Both the position numbers and the translations under genes were made by a program. The notes under the pieces were generated by a model. It was not told where the DNA came from. It saw only the letters and a program-made list of their open reading frames with translations, and did not search any database. From the sequence record MF327009: a stretch of DNA of 64,000 nucleotides; one strand, written 5' to 3'. Of this stretch, positions 10,363-21,813 are shown one piece after another. This DNA is from Shigella phage Sf25. Position 1 is the stretch's first letter. Every line of letters starts with the position of its first letter.

Positions 10363-10370
10363 TATAAATA
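10363..10370 (+). promoter_or_regulatory. Late promoter TATAAATA for gene 34
   Basis: Exact TATAAATA about 35 nt upstream of the gene 34 ATG. Confidence 0.65.
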
Positions 10371-10404
10371 CTTATTATTGAAAACACAATAGGAGCCCGG
10401 GAGA

Positions 10405-13400
10405 ATGGCCGAGATTAAAAGAAAGTTCAGAGCAGAAGATGGTCTGGACGCAGGTGGTGATAAAATAATCAACGTAGCTTTAGCTGATCGTACCGTAGGA
10501 ACTGACGGTGTTAACGTTGATTACTTAATTCAAGAAAACACAGTTCAACAATATGATCCAACTCGTGGATATTTAAAAGATTTTGTAATCATTTATGATA
10601 ACCGCTTTTGGGCTGCTATAAATGATATTCCAAAACCGGCAGGAGCTTTTAATAGCGGACGCTGGAGAGCATTACGTACCGATGCTAACTGGATTACAGT
10701 CTCATCTGGTTCATATCAATTAAAATCTGGTGAAGCTATTTCGGTTAACACTGCAGCTGGTAATGATATTACATTTACTTTACCATCTACTCCAATTGAC
10801 GGTGATACTATCGTTCTCCAAGATATTGGAGGAAAACCTGGAGTTAACCAAGTTTTAATTGTAGCTCCAGTACAAAGTATTGTAAACTTTAGAGGTGAAC
10901 AGGTACGTTCAGTACTAATGACTCATCCAAAGTCACAGCTAGTTTTAATTTTTAGTAATCGTCTGTGGCAAATGTATGTTGCTGATTATAGTAGAGAAGC
11001 TATAGTTGTAACACCAGCAAGTCTCTATCAGGCGCAATCTAATGATTTTATCGTACGTAGATTTACTTCTGCTGCACCAATTAATGTTAAACTTCCAAGA
11101 TTTGCTAATCATGGCGATATTATTAATTTCGTTGATTTAGATAAACTGAATCCACTTTATCATACAATTGTTACTACATACGATGAAACGACTTCAGTAC
11201 AAGAAGTTGGAACTCATTCCATTGAAGGCCGTACATCGATTGACGGTTTCTTGATGTTTGATGATAATGAGAAATTGTGGAGATTGTTTGACGGGGATAG
11301 TAAAGCACGTTTACGTATCATAACGACTAATTCAAATATTCGTCCAAACGAAGAAGTTATGGTATTTGGTGCAAATAACGGAACAACTCAAACGATTGAG
11401 CTTCAGCTTCCAACTAATATTTCTGTTGGTGATACTGTTAAAATTTCCATGAATTACATGAGAAAAGGACAAACAGTTAAAATCAAAGCTGCAGGTGAAG
11501 ATAAAATTGCTTCTTCAGTTCAATTGCTGCAATTCCCAAAACGTTCAGAATATCCGCCTGAAGCTGAGTGGGTTACAGTTCAAGAATTAGTTTTTAACGG
11601 TGAAACTAATTATGTTCCAGTTTTACAGCTTGCTTATATAGAAGATTCTGATGGAAAATACTGGGTTGTACAGCAAAATGTTCCAACCGTAGAAAGAGTA
11701 GATTCTTTAAATGATTCTACTAGAGCAAGATTAGGCGTGATTGCTTTAGCTACACAAGCGCAAGCTAATGTCGATTTAGAAAATTCTCCGCAAAAAGAAT
11801 TAGCAATTACTCCAGAAACATTAGCTAACCGTACTGCTACAGAAACTCGTAGAGGTATCGCAAGAATAGCAACTACTGCTCAAGTGAATCAGAACACCAC
11901 ATTCTCTTTTGCTGATGATATTATCATTACTCCTAAAAAGCTGAATGAAAGAACTGCTACAGAAACTCGTAGAGGTGTTGCTGAAATTGCTACGCAACAG
12001 GAAACTAATGCAGGTACTGATGATACTACAATCATCACTCCTAAAAAGCTTCAAGCTCGACAAGGTTCTGAATCATTATCAGGTATTGTAACCTTTGTAT
12101 CTACCGCGGGAGCTACTCCAGCTTCTAGTCGTGAATTAAATGGTACAAACGTTTATAATAAAAACACTAATAATTTAGTTGTTTCGCCTAAAGCTCTAGA
12201 TCAGTATAAAGCTACTCCAACGCAGCAAGGTGCAGTAATTTTAGCAGTTGAAAGTGAAGTAATTGCTGGACAGAGCCAAGAAGGATGGGCAAATGCGGTT
12301 GTAACGCCAGAAACGTTACATAAAAAGACATCAACTGATGGAAGAATTGGATTAATTGAAATTGCTACACAGTCTGAAGTTAATACAGGAACTGATTATA
12401 CTCGTGCAGTCACTCCTAAAACTTTAAATGATCGTAAAGCAACTGAAAGTTTAAGTGGTATAGCAGAAATAGCAACACAAGTTGAATTCGACGCAGGCGT
12501 CGACGATACTCGTATCTCTACACCATTAAAAATTAAAACCAGATTTAATAGTACTGATCGTACTTCTGTTGTTGCTCTATCTGGATTAGTTGAATCAGGA
12601 ACTCTCTGGGACCATTATACCCTTAATATTCTTGAAGCAAATGAGACACAGCGTGGTACACTTCGTGTGGCTACACAAGTTGAAGCTGCTGCAGGAACAT
12701 TAGATAATGTTTTAATAACTCCTAAAAAGCTTTTAGGTACTAAATCTACCGAATCGCAGGAAGGTGTTATTAAAGTTGCAACACAAACTGAAACTGTTGC
12801 TGGTACATCATCTAATACTGCTGTATCTCCAAAGAATTTAAAATGGATCGTGCAGAGCGAACCTACTTGGGCAGCTACAACGGCTATAAGAGGATTTGTT
12901 AAAACTTCTTCTGGTTCTATTACTTTCGTTGGTAATGATACTGTTGGTTCAACACAACCTTTAGAATCATATGAAAAAAATAGCTATGCTATATCTCCAT
13001 ATGAATTAAACAGAGTATTAGCTAACTATTTACCATTAAAAGCCAAAGCAGTTGATAGTAATTTACTCGATGGTCTAGATTCACTCCAGTTCATTCGTAG
13101 GGACATCGCCCAGACAGTTAATGGATCACTAACCTTAACGCAACAAACGAATCTGAGTGCCCCTCTTGTATCATCTAGTACTGCTACGTTTGGTGGATCA
13201 GTTTCTGCTAATAGTACATTGACTATTTCTAACACAGGAACAGCTACTCGACTGATTTTTGAAAAAGGACCTCAGACTGGAACAAATCCGGCTCAAACGA
13301 TGACTATCAGAGTTTGGGGAAATGAGTTTGGAGGTGGTTCTGATACATCACGTTCAACTGTATTTGAAGTTGGTGATGAAACGTCTAATCACTTCTATTC

Positions 13401-14274
13401 GCAACGTAATAAAGCTGGTAATATTGTTTTCAGTATTAATGGTACTGTAATGCCAATAAATGTGAATGCTTCGGGTTCATTGAATGCTAATGGTGTTGCA
13501 ACATTTGGTAGTTCTGTTACTGCTAATGGTGAATTCATCAGTAAATCAGCAAATGCTTTTAGAGCAATAAATGGTGATTACGGATTCTTCATTCGTAATG
13601 ATGGTGGAAACACCTATTTCATGTTAACTGCTTCTGGTGATCAAACTGGTGGATTTAATGGATTAAGACCTTTAGCAATAAACAATACATCAGGTCAAGT
13701 TACAATCGGTGAAGGATTAATTGCAGCAAAAGGTGTTACGATAAATTCTGGTGGTTTGACTGTTAACTCGAGAATTCGTTCTCAAGGTTCTAAAACTGCT
13801 GATTTATATACTCGTGCTCCTACTGCTGATACAGTCGGATTCTGGTCAATTGACATTAATGATTCAGCTACATACAACCAATTCCCTGGTTATTTTAAAA
13901 TGGTTGAAAAAACTAATGAAGTGACTGGGCTTCCATACTTAGAACGTGGTGAAGAAGTTAAATCTCCTGGTACTTTGACTCAGTTTGGTAATACTCTTGA
14001 TTCACTTTACCAAGATTGGATTACTTATCCAATAACTCCTGAAGCACGTACAACCCGTTGGACACGTACTTGGCAGAAGAATAAAAATTCATGGTCAAGT
14101 TTTGTCCAAGTATTTGATGGTGGAAACCCTCCTCAACCTTCTGATATTGGTGCTTTACCTTCTGATAATGCAATAATCGGAAACTTGACAATAAGAGATT
14201 TCTTAAGGATTGGTAACGTCCGCATTATTCCAGATCCTGTGACTAAATCAGTTAAATTCGAGTGGATTGAATAA
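10405..14274 (+). CDS. 34: Long tail fibre proximal subunit gp34
   Basis: 1289 aa; internal imperfect TATETRRG repeats typical of the fibre shaft. Confidence 0.93.
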   Translation: MAEIKRKFRAEDGLDAGGDKIINVALADRTVGTDGVNVDYLIQENTVQQYDPTRGYLKDFVIIYDNRFWAAINDIPKPAGAFNSGRWRALRTDANWITVSSGSYQLKSGEAISVNTAAGNDITFTLPSTPIDGDTIVLQDIGGKPGVNQVLIVAPVQSIVNFRGEQVRSVLMTHPKSQLVLIFSNRLWQMYVADYSREAIVVTPASLYQAQSNDFIVRRFTSAAPINVKLPRFANHGDIINFVDLDKLNPLYHTIVTTYDETTSVQEVGTHSIEGRTSIDGFLMFDDNEKLWRLFDGDSKARLRIITTNSNIRPNEEVMVFGANNGTTQTIELQLPTNISVGDTVKISMNYMRKGQTVKIKAAGEDKIASSVQLLQFPKRSEYPPEAEWVTVQELVFNGETNYVPVLQLAYIEDSDGKYWVVQQNVPTVERVDSLNDSTRARLGVIALATQAQANVDLENSPQKELAITPETLANRTATETRRGIARIATTAQVNQNTTFSFADDIIITPKKLNERTATETRRGVAEIATQQETNAGTDDTTIITPKKLQARQGSESLSGIVTFVSTAGATPASSRELNGTNVYNKNTNNLVVSPKALDQYKATPTQQGAVILAVESEVIAGQSQEGWANAVVTPETLHKKTSTDGRIGLIEIATQSEVNTGTDYTRAVTPKTLNDRKATESLSGIAEIATQVEFDAGVDDTRISTPLKIKTRFNSTDRTSVVALSGLVESGTLWDHYTLNILEANETQRGTLRVATQVEAAAGTLDNVLITPKKLLGTKSTESQEGVIKVATQTETVAGTSSNTAVSPKNLKWIVQSEPTWAATTAIRGFVKTSSGSITFVGNDTVGSTQPLESYEKNSYAISPYELNRVLANYLPLKAKAVDSNLLDGLDSLQFIRRDIAQTVNGSLTLTQQTNLSAPLVSSSTATFGGSVSANSTLTISNTGTATRLIFEKGPQTGTNPAQTMTIRVWGNEFGGGSDTSRSTVFEVGDETSNHFYSQRNKAGNIVFSINGTVMPINVNASGSLNANGVATFGSSVTANGEFISKSANAFRAINGDYGFFIRNDGGNTYFMLTASGDQTGGFNGLRPLAINNTSGQVTIGEGLIAAKGVTINSGGLTVNSRIRSQGSKTADLYTRAPTADTVGFWSIDINDSATYNQFPGYFKMVEKTNEVTGLPYLERGEEVKSPGTLTQFGNTLDSLYQDWITYPITPEARTTRWTRTWQKNKNSWSSFVQVFDGGNPPQPSDIGALPSDNAIIGNLTIRDFLRIGNVRIIPDPVTKSVKFEWIE

Positions 14275-14282
14275 GAGGTATT

Positions 14283-15398
14283 ATGGAAAAATTTATGGCA
14301 GAGTTTGGACAAGGATATGTCCAAACTCCATTTTTATCGGAAAGCAATTCAGTAAGATATAAAATAAGTATAGCGGGTTCTTGCCCGCTTTCTACTGCAG
14401 GGCCTTATGTTAAATTTCAAGATAATCCTATTGGAAGTCAAACATTTAATGCAGGTCTTCATTTGAGAGTTTTTGATCCTACATCAGGGGCGTTAGTCGA
14501 TAGTAAATCATATGCATTTTCATCATCTAACGATACGACATCAGCTGCTTTTATTGATTTTATGAATTCAATTTCATCTAATAGAATAGTTGCTATATTA
14601 ACAAGTGGAAAAGTTAATTTCCCTCCTGAAGTAGTTTCTTGGTTAAGAACAGCAGGAACATCTGCTTTTCCATCTGATGCTATATTATCTAGATTTGATG
14701 TTTCATACGCAGCTTTTTACACTTCAGTAAAACGGGCAATCGCGTTAGAACACGTTAAATTAAGTAATAGAAAAAGCACAGATGATTATCAAACTATACT
14801 AGATGTAGTATTTGATAGCATAGAAGATGTTGGAGCAACAGGTTTTCCAAAAAGAACTTATGAAAGCGTTGAACAATTTATGTCAGCAGTTGGTGGAACA
14901 AATAATGAAATAGCGCGTTTACCTACTTCAGCCGCAATAAGTAAACTTTCTGACTACAATTTAATTCCTGGCGATGTTCTTTATCTTAAAGCACAGTTAT
15001 ATGCTGACGCAGATTTATTAGCATTAGGAACTACTAATATTTCAATTCGTTTTTATAACTCATCAAACGGATATATTTCTTCAACCCAAGCTGAATTTAC
15101 AGGACAGGCTGGATCTTGGGAATTAAAAGAGGATTATGTGGTTGTTCCAGAAAATGCAGTTGGATTTACGATATATGCACAGAGAACTGCTCAAGCAGGA
15201 CAAGGCGGCATGCGAAATTTAAGCTTTTCTGAAGTATCAAGAAATGGTGGAATTTCAAAACCCGCCGAGTTTGGTGTTAATGGTATTAGAGTTAATTATG
15301 TCTGTGAATCTGCTTCACCTCCTGATATAATGGTACTTCCAACACAATCGTCTACAAATACTGGAAAAGTTTTTGGACAAGAATTTAGAGAAGTTTAA
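14283..15398 (+). CDS. 35: Long tail fibre hinge (knee) protein gp35
   Basis: 371 aa; position and size. Confidence 0.85.
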   Translation: MEKFMAEFGQGYVQTPFLSESNSVRYKISIAGSCPLSTAGPYVKFQDNPIGSQTFNAGLHLRVFDPTSGALVDSKSYAFSSSNDTTSAAFIDFMNSISSNRIVAILTSGKVNFPPEVVSWLRTAGTSAFPSDAILSRFDVSYAAFYTSVKRAIALEHVKLSNRKSTDDYQTILDVVFDSIEDVGATGFPKRTYESVEQFMSAVGGTNNEIARLPTSAAISKLSDYNLIPGDVLYLKAQLYADADLLALGTTNISIRFYNSSNGYISSTQAEFTGQAGSWELKEDYVVVPENAVGFTIYAQRTAQAGQGGMRNLSFSEVSRNGGISKPAEFGVNGIRVNYVCESASPPDIMVLPTQSSTNTGKVFGQEFREV

Positions 15399-15403
15399 AC
15401 TGA

Positions 15404-15430
15404 GGGAGCCTTCGGGTTCCCTTTTTCTTT
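15404..15430 (+). terminator. Intrinsic terminator or processing hairpin with UUCG tetraloop between 35 and 36
   Basis: GGGAGCC-TTCG-GGTTCCC followed by TTTTTCTTT. Confidence 0.6.
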
Positions 15431-15437
15431 ATAAATA
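15430..15437 (+). promoter_or_regulatory. Late promoter TATAAATA for gene 36
   Basis: Exact TATAAATA 24 nt upstream of the gene 36 ATG. Confidence 0.65.
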
Positions 15438-15460
15438 CTATTAAAATAAAGGGGCATACA

Positions 15461-16126
15461 ATGGCTGATTTAAAAGTAGGTTCAACAACTGGAGGCTCTG
15501 TCATTTGGCATCAAGGAAATTTTCCATTGAATCCAGCCGGTGACGATGTACTCTATAAATCATTTAAAATATATACAGAATATAATAAACCACAAGCAGC
15601 TGATAACGATTTCGTTTCTAAAGCTAATGGTGGTACTTACGCTTCAAAGGTAACATTTAACGGTGGCGTGCAAATACCATATGCTATAAACAATACAAAC
15701 CAAAGCGGTATTTTTCCTGGTAATGGTGATGCTGCTACTTTTGCTACAGCAAATATTGATATTGTTTCATGGTATGGCATTGGTTTTAAATCATCACAAG
15801 GATCTGCAGGTAGAACTGTAGTAATTAATGCACGTAATGGCGATATTAGCACAAAAGGCGTTGTATCTGCTTCAGGACAAGTAAGAAGCGATATGACTGC
15901 TCCAGTTGCAGCAAATGATCTCACAAGAAAAGATTATGTTGATGGAGCAATAAATATTGTTACGGATAACGCAAATTCACGTGTATTGCGTAGAGGCGAT
16001 ACTATGACTGGAAATTTAACAGCTCCAAACTTTTTCTCACAGAATCCAGCGTCTCAACCTTCACATGTTCCACGATTTGATCAAATTGTTATTAAGGATT
16101 CTGTTCAAGATTTCGGCTATTATTAA
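15461..16126 (+). CDS. 36: Long tail fibre distal connector gp36
   Basis: 221 aa. Confidence 0.88.
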   Translation: MADLKVGSTTGGSVIWHQGNFPLNPAGDDVLYKSFKIYTEYNKPQAADNDFVSKANGGTYASKVTFNGGVQIPYAINNTNQSGIFPGNGDAATFATANIDIVSWYGIGFKSSQGSAGRTVVINARNGDISTKGVVSASGQVRSDMTAPVAANDLTRKDYVDGAINIVTDNANSRVLRRGDTMTGNLTAPNFFSQNPASQPSHVPRFDQIVIKDSVQDFGYY

Positions 16127-16134
16127 GAGGACTT

Positions 16135-19100
16135 ATGGCTACTTTAAAACAAATACAATTTAAAAGAAGCAAAACTGCAGGTCAACGTCCTGCTGCTTCA
16201 GTATTAGCCGAAGGTGAATTGGCTATAAACTTAAAAGACCGTACTCTTTTTACTAAAGATGACTCGGGAAATATTATTGATTTAAGCATTTCTGCCGGTG
16301 GTAACATTAGTGGAAATATCACTCAAAATGGTGATTATTTACAAAACGGCACGTATAATCTTAATGGAAATCAGTTTGTTTATGCAGGAAAGTATATTGA
16401 ATTCTTGCCAAAAACTGCTGGAAATGGTGCTTGGGCAAATCAGCACACAAATAAAGCTCCAATTTTCACCGATTTGAGTTCAACTACTTCAACTTCTGAA
16501 TATCATCCGCTAATTAAACAACGTTATAAAGATGGAACGTTTTCATTAGGGACTTTAGTTTCTGAAGGCTCAATGAAGATACACTATATCGATGAAACTG
16601 GCACTTCAAAATATTGGACTTTCCGACGTGATGGTGGTTTTGTTGTTGATAGTGGTAGTTTAACTGTTACTGCTGGAAACATATCTGCTTCAGGCAATAT
16701 TAATTCGGCATCAGGGGTTGTTTCAGCTCCTCAAATTAATACAAAAACCATTGTTTTAGATACAAAAGCATTTGGACAATATGATTCGCAGTCATTAGTT
16801 CAGTATGTTTATCCTGGCACTGGCGAAACAAACGGTATAAACTATCTTCGTAAAGTTCGCGCAAAATCAGGTGGTACAATTTATCATGAAATAGCTTCAG
16901 CTCAAAGTGGAAAAAGCGATGAAATTTCGTGGTGGACTGGAAATACAGCCGTTAATAAACAAATGGGTCTTCGTAATGATGGTGCAATGGTATTACGTCG
17001 TTCACTTGCTATTGGCACAATTACTACAGATGAAAACGTAAATAACTATGGATCTGCTGGAGCAATGGGAGAAAAATACATTGTTCTTGGAGATGCGTCA
17101 ACTGGACTAGCTTATAAAAAGACAGGAGTTTATGACTTAGTTGGTAGTGGTTTATCTGTTGCTTCTATCACTCCCGACAGTTTTCGTAGTACCCGTAAAG
17201 CAATTTTTGGACGTTCTGAAGACCAAGGCGGTACATGGCTTCTTCCTGGTCAAAACGCTGCTCTTCTTTCAGTTCGTACAGATATTGATCAAAATAATAA
17301 CGGTGATGGTCAAACTCATATTGGATATAATAGTAACAGCAAGTTTTATCATTATTTTAGAGGCAGAGGCCGAATGGCTGTTGGAATGGCTGAAGGTCTT
17401 ATTGTTGAGCCTGGAATTTTAGATATTAAAACTGGTTCAAATACTGTTTCTATTAGAGCTGATGGCGGAATTTCATCTACTCAGCGTCTTTCATTGCAGA
17501 ATGGTATATTTTTATCTTCTGACGGAAATAACAACGGTATATCGTTTAAAGCTTCTAGCAGTATAGATGGAACTAAAACTCTTAATTGGGATGCTGGTAC
17601 TCGTGCAGGTCAAAACAAAAATACAGTAATTTTAAAAGCATGGGGAAATTCATTTAATACAAGTGGTGGAACTGATAGACATACTGTATTTGAAGTTTCT
17701 GATTCGCAAGGATACTACTTTTATGCTCAACGTACTACCCCTGCATCCGGTCAAACAGTAGGTCCTATTAATTTTAAATTTAATGGTACTGTAGAAACCG
17801 GTCATATCAATGGATTAGGTAATATTACTTTATCTGGGGCAGTTATAGCAGATTCTGCTAATATTAAAGGACCGCTAAAAATATCTAATGCTAATACAGC
17901 TGATGCTTTTAGAATATGGAACGCTGAATATGGAGCCATTTTCCGTCGTTCAGAAACATCATTGCATATTATTCCTACACTTAAAGATGCAGGGGAAAAT
18001 GGTGGAATAAGTAATCTTCGCCCATTAAGTATTGATCTTTCAAACGGATTTGTGCAAATGCATCATTCTCTTTCTGTGGGGAATACAGTAAGAACGAATG
18101 GATTGTTTGCTGTGGATACTTCAGCTGCTCTTGTTGCAATTAACAGATGTTCCTATTGTGAAACAAAGATACGTTCAAGGGAATAGCACCTATTCATTAG
18201 GTACTTTAATTAATGGTGGTGATTTCCGTTTACATTACCATGAAGGCGGTGACAGTTCTTCAACAGGTGCAGTTATAAAAGATATTTCCTGGGAATTTAA
18301 ACGTAATGGTGATTTCTATTCGCCAGGTCGTTTACGTACAGGAAATATCTATATTGGAACTGATGGTAATATCACGGGTGGTTCTGGTAACTTTGCTAAC
18401 TTGAATACAACTTTAAACCGTAAAGTTAATTCTGGTTTTATTACTTATGGAGCAACTGCAGGTTGGTACAAGTTTGCAACAGTAACAATGCCTCAAGCTA
18501 CATCAACCGTTTCAATTACAGTCACTGGCGGAAATGGATTTAATTCTGGATCATTTAATCAGTGTGCAATTTCTGAAATTGTTCTTCGTACAGGAAACAA
18601 TAATCCTCTGGTGATACATATGACATTTATGTTAATATGGGAACATATGCTAATCAGTTGATATTTAACTATAGTTCTGTTGATAATGCCACAGTTCAAA
18701 TTATTGGCGCATTCAGTTCAGCTCAAAATCCTGTTGATGCATTGCCAGAAACATATGTTAAAGGTCAGGTAGCAGATGTATTGACTAACTTAGTTGATTC
18801 TGGAAAAACGAAGCGTTTTGTTGCTGAATCTGAAATAGCTATTAATAATCAAACTGGATTACGTATTACGAGTAATGGTGATAAATCTGGTTCAAATTCA
18901 GTATTATTCAGAAATGATGGATCAGCGTTTTATATTCTTTTAACAGATAAAAACGCAGCAGATGGAAATACGACTGCCACAGAAGGAGATTGGAATGGTA
19001 AACGTCCTTTCCAAATTAATATGACTTCTGGTGAAGTAACATTCGGAAATAATATTAATATTTCTGGAAACGGAAGCATTACTTGGACAAAAGCCGGAGC

Positions 19101-19770
19101 AAACCCTAGAAATATGAGAATATTTCATGCAGGTGATGCTTCTCGTGGTAACCGTATTGAAATCGCAGATGATACTAATTATATTGCTTACTTTGAAAAA
19201 ACTCCAGGTGGAGCTAACCGCTTTGTAGTTAATGGTGCTACTGTAGCTGGTGTTAATCAAATGAATTCATTTGGTATTAACATCAATAACGCGCTTGGTG
19301 GAAATAGTATAGCATTTGGTGATAATGACACGGGTATTAAGCAAAACGGCGATGGATTATTAGACATTTATGCGAATGGTGTGCAAACGTTCCGTTTCCA
19401 AAACGGTGATTTGTACTCATATAAAAATATAAATGCCCCAAACGTTTATATTCGTTCTGATATTCGCTTAAAATCTAATTTCAAACCTATCGAAAATGCA
19501 CTTGATAAAGTTGAAAAACTCAATGGTGTCATTTATGATAAAGCTGAATATATCGGTGGAGAGGCAATTGAAACTGAAGCGGGTATTGTGGCTCAAACGT
19601 TACAAGACGTTTTACCAGAAGCCGTCCGTGAAACAGAAGACAGCAAGGGTAATAAAATACTCACTGTTTCTTCTCAAGCCCAGATTGCTCTTCTGGTTGA
19701 AGCTGTGAAAACGCTTTCTTCTCGTGTAAAAGAACTTGAATCTAAACTTCTTGAATCTAAACTTATGTAA
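16135..19770 (+). pseudogene. 37: Long tail fibre distal subunit gp37 (T2-type with C-terminal intramolecular chaperone domain), interrupted by two frame changes (frame 1, +1, frame 1)
   Basis: Three ORF-track pieces 16135..18186, 18098..18661, 18637..19770, each with fibre-like sequence; C-terminus ...IRSDIRLKSNFKPIENALDKVEKLNGVIYDK. Confidence 0.6.
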
Positions 19771-19773
19771 AAG

Positions 19774-19791
19774 AGGGCTTCGGCCCTCTAA
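19774..19791 (+). other. UUCG-tetraloop RNA hairpin between genes 37 and 38
   Basis: AGAGGGC-TTCG-GCCCTCT, followed by AAGGA RBS. Confidence 0.5.
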
Positions 19792-19800
19792 GGATTTTTA

Positions 19801-20498
19801 ATGGCAATTGTAGGTGTTCCTGGCTGGATTGGTGAATCTGCCGTGAATGAAACAGGACAGCGTTGGATGGATGCTGCAATGAGAGCAGTCCGTGTTTCAG
19901 TTCCCGGTTGGATGAGCTCAATGGCCGGACAATCTAAAGAAGTATATTATAGCATTGGTGCTAGTAATTCTTATAATAAAGATACATTAATAAACTGAAT
20001 GCATACGTGACACTTAATATCAATTCAGGCGTGCATGTTTGGGGCCGTGGCGGGAATGGCGGAAATAACTCTGCCGGTGGAGCAGGAGGAACTGCAATAA
20101 ATAATGGAATTGGAACTAGATTGCGTATTAACAACAATGGTGTTATCGCAGGAGGCGGTGGCGGCGGTGGAGGCGGATATTATTCTCCTTTTTCACAAAT
20201 GAAATTGACTTTTGGCGGTGGCGGCGGTCGTCCATTTGGTGCTGCTGGCGGGTCTGCTAATATGGAACAGGGCGCTACTGCTGGTACTATTTCTGCACCT
20301 GGTAAAGGGTCTGTCAATGGTATCTATAATGGCGGGAATGGCGGTGATGCTGGTGCCGCAGGTGGTAAATGTAATATTCGTGGGCAAGGATCAGAATATA
20401 ACGGCGGTGCGGCCGGTAAAGCTGTTACTGGTAATGCTCCAACTTGGACTAAGGTTGGTACAATATATGGCCCTCTGATATTCTATTTGGTGTTCTAG
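19801..20498 (+). pseudogene. 38: Receptor-recognising adhesin gp38 (T2-type, glycine-rich motifs), split into two reading frames
   Basis: N-terminal 65-aa ORF (MAIVGVPGWIG...) ends at a stop at 19996-19998; the glycine-rich part (GGGGGGGGYY...) follows in another frame from 20007. Confidence 0.55.
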
Positions 20499-20503
20499 AT
20501 CGC

Positions 20504-21100
20504 TTGTTCAAAGATAACGCTACCGGGAAAGTTCTTGCTTCCCGGGTAGCTGTCGTAATTCTTTTATTTATGATGGCGATTGTTTGGTATAGGGGAGATA
20601 GTTTCTTTGAGTACTATAAGCAATCAAAGTATGAAACATACAGTGAAATTATTGAAAAGGAAAGAAATGCACGCTTTGAATCTGTCGCCCTGGAACAACT
20701 CCAGATAGTTCATATATCATCTGAGGCAGACTTTAGTGCGGTGTATTCTTTCCGCCCTAAAAACTTAAACTATTTTGTTGATATTATAGCATACGAAGGA
20801 AGATTACCTTCAACAATAACTGAAAAATCACTTGGAGGATATCCTGTTGATAAAACTATGGATGAATATATAGTTCATTTAAATGGACGTCATTATTATT
20901 CTGACTCAAAATTTGCTTTTTTACCAACTAAAAAGCCTACTCCCGAAATAAACTACATGTACAGTTGTCCATATTTTAATTTGGATAATATCTATGCTGG
21001 AACGATAACCATGTACTGGTATAGAAATGATCATATAAGTAATGACCGCCTTGAATCAATATGTGCTCAGGCGGCCAGAATATTAGGAAGGGCTAAATAA
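20504..21100 (+). CDS. t: Holin T, lacking the conserved N-terminal residues
   Basis: 198 aa from an internal Met (MFKDNATGKVLASRVAVVILLF...); SDILFGVLDRL is encoded upstream in frame but has no start codon and is preceded by an in-frame TAA. Confidence 0.8.
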   Translation: MFKDNATGKVLASRVAVVILLFMMAIVWYRGDSFFEYYKQSKYETYSEIIEKERNARFESVALEQLQIVHISSEADFSAVYSFRPKNLNYFVDIIAYEGRLPSTITEKSLGGYPVDKTMDEYIVHLNGRHYYSDSKFAFLPTKKPTPEINYMYSCPYFNLDNIYAGTITMYWYRNDHISNDRLESICAQAARILGRAK

Positions 21101-21373
21101 TTATTTGTTTGTATACATCTCTAGATATCGATATACACCCTCAAAACCCTCGTTGAATTCGTCGATGAGGGTTTTCTTATCTTCTTGAGTTAATTCAGAA
21201 ACAATTTTACGGAATGAATTCTGATTTAATTTTCTACCTTCATGCGTTACTCCAATCTCATTCAAAAATGCAATAAAATTAGCACGATTTTCAACAATAT
21301 CTTCTCTGGAAAATTTAATCAAAATAGACGCAACAGTAATAATTTCACGAACTGTATCAATGTTTTTATTCAT
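21101..21373 (-). CDS. asiA: Anti-sigma70 factor AsiA
   Basis: 90 aa MNKNIDTVREIITVASILIKFSRED... Confidence 0.9.
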   Translation of the reverse strand: MNKNIDTVREIITVASILIKFSREDIVENRANFIAFLNEIGVTHEGRKLNQNSFRKIVSELTQEDKKTLIDEFNEGFEGVYRYLEMYTNK

Positions 21374-21534
21374 TAACTATACCACTCAATTAGTTGACTT
21401 TGTTATAATATCATCAGACGCTTGATTTGTAAACTGGTCTGTGTTATTTTCTTCAAAAATTTTTTCTACGAATTCCTTGAACGACTCGCGTTCCTGAGCT
21501 ACATTATGCTCGATTACCTTTTCAAGATTATGAC

Positions 21535-21813
21535 TCATTCGAAATAATCTTCAATTTCGTAATCATGGACGTAAATCATTATAGTTTTTAATACATCATC
21601 AATACTTTTTCCTGGAGCTGGAATTACGTAAAAATATCCTGCTTTTGAGAGGTCTTTATAAGTTCCAATCAAGAAATCATTATTCTCAAGATGTAGTTCT
21701 TCAACTAATTCATTAACAATTGAGTGGTATAAATTTGGTAGAAACTTATATAGCTTTTCTAGAATATCAATTTTGATTGTATATTGAACCACGGACTGAG
21801 AATCAATAATCAT
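21535..21813 (-). CDS. arn: Putative anti-restriction protein Arn
   Basis: 92 aa; position between asiA and motA. Confidence 0.5.
   Translation of the reverse strand: MIIDSQSVVQYTIKIDILEKLYKFLPNLYHSIVNELVEELHLENNDFLIGTYKDLSKAGYFYVIPAPGKSIDDVLKTIMIYVHDYEIEDYFE

Noticed and set aside
11800-12560. Imperfect repeats in gene 34 (TATETRRG...IITPKKL units)
   Set aside because: These are divergent protein-level repeats typical of fibre shafts, not exact nucleotide duplications like the eight listed tandem repeats.
20193-20478. ORFs 20193..20387 (-) and 20212..20478 (+) overlapping the glycine-rich part of gene 38
   Set aside because: Alternative-frame readings of GC/G-rich coding sequence producing Ala/Val/Leu-rich low-complexity peptides; no start signals.
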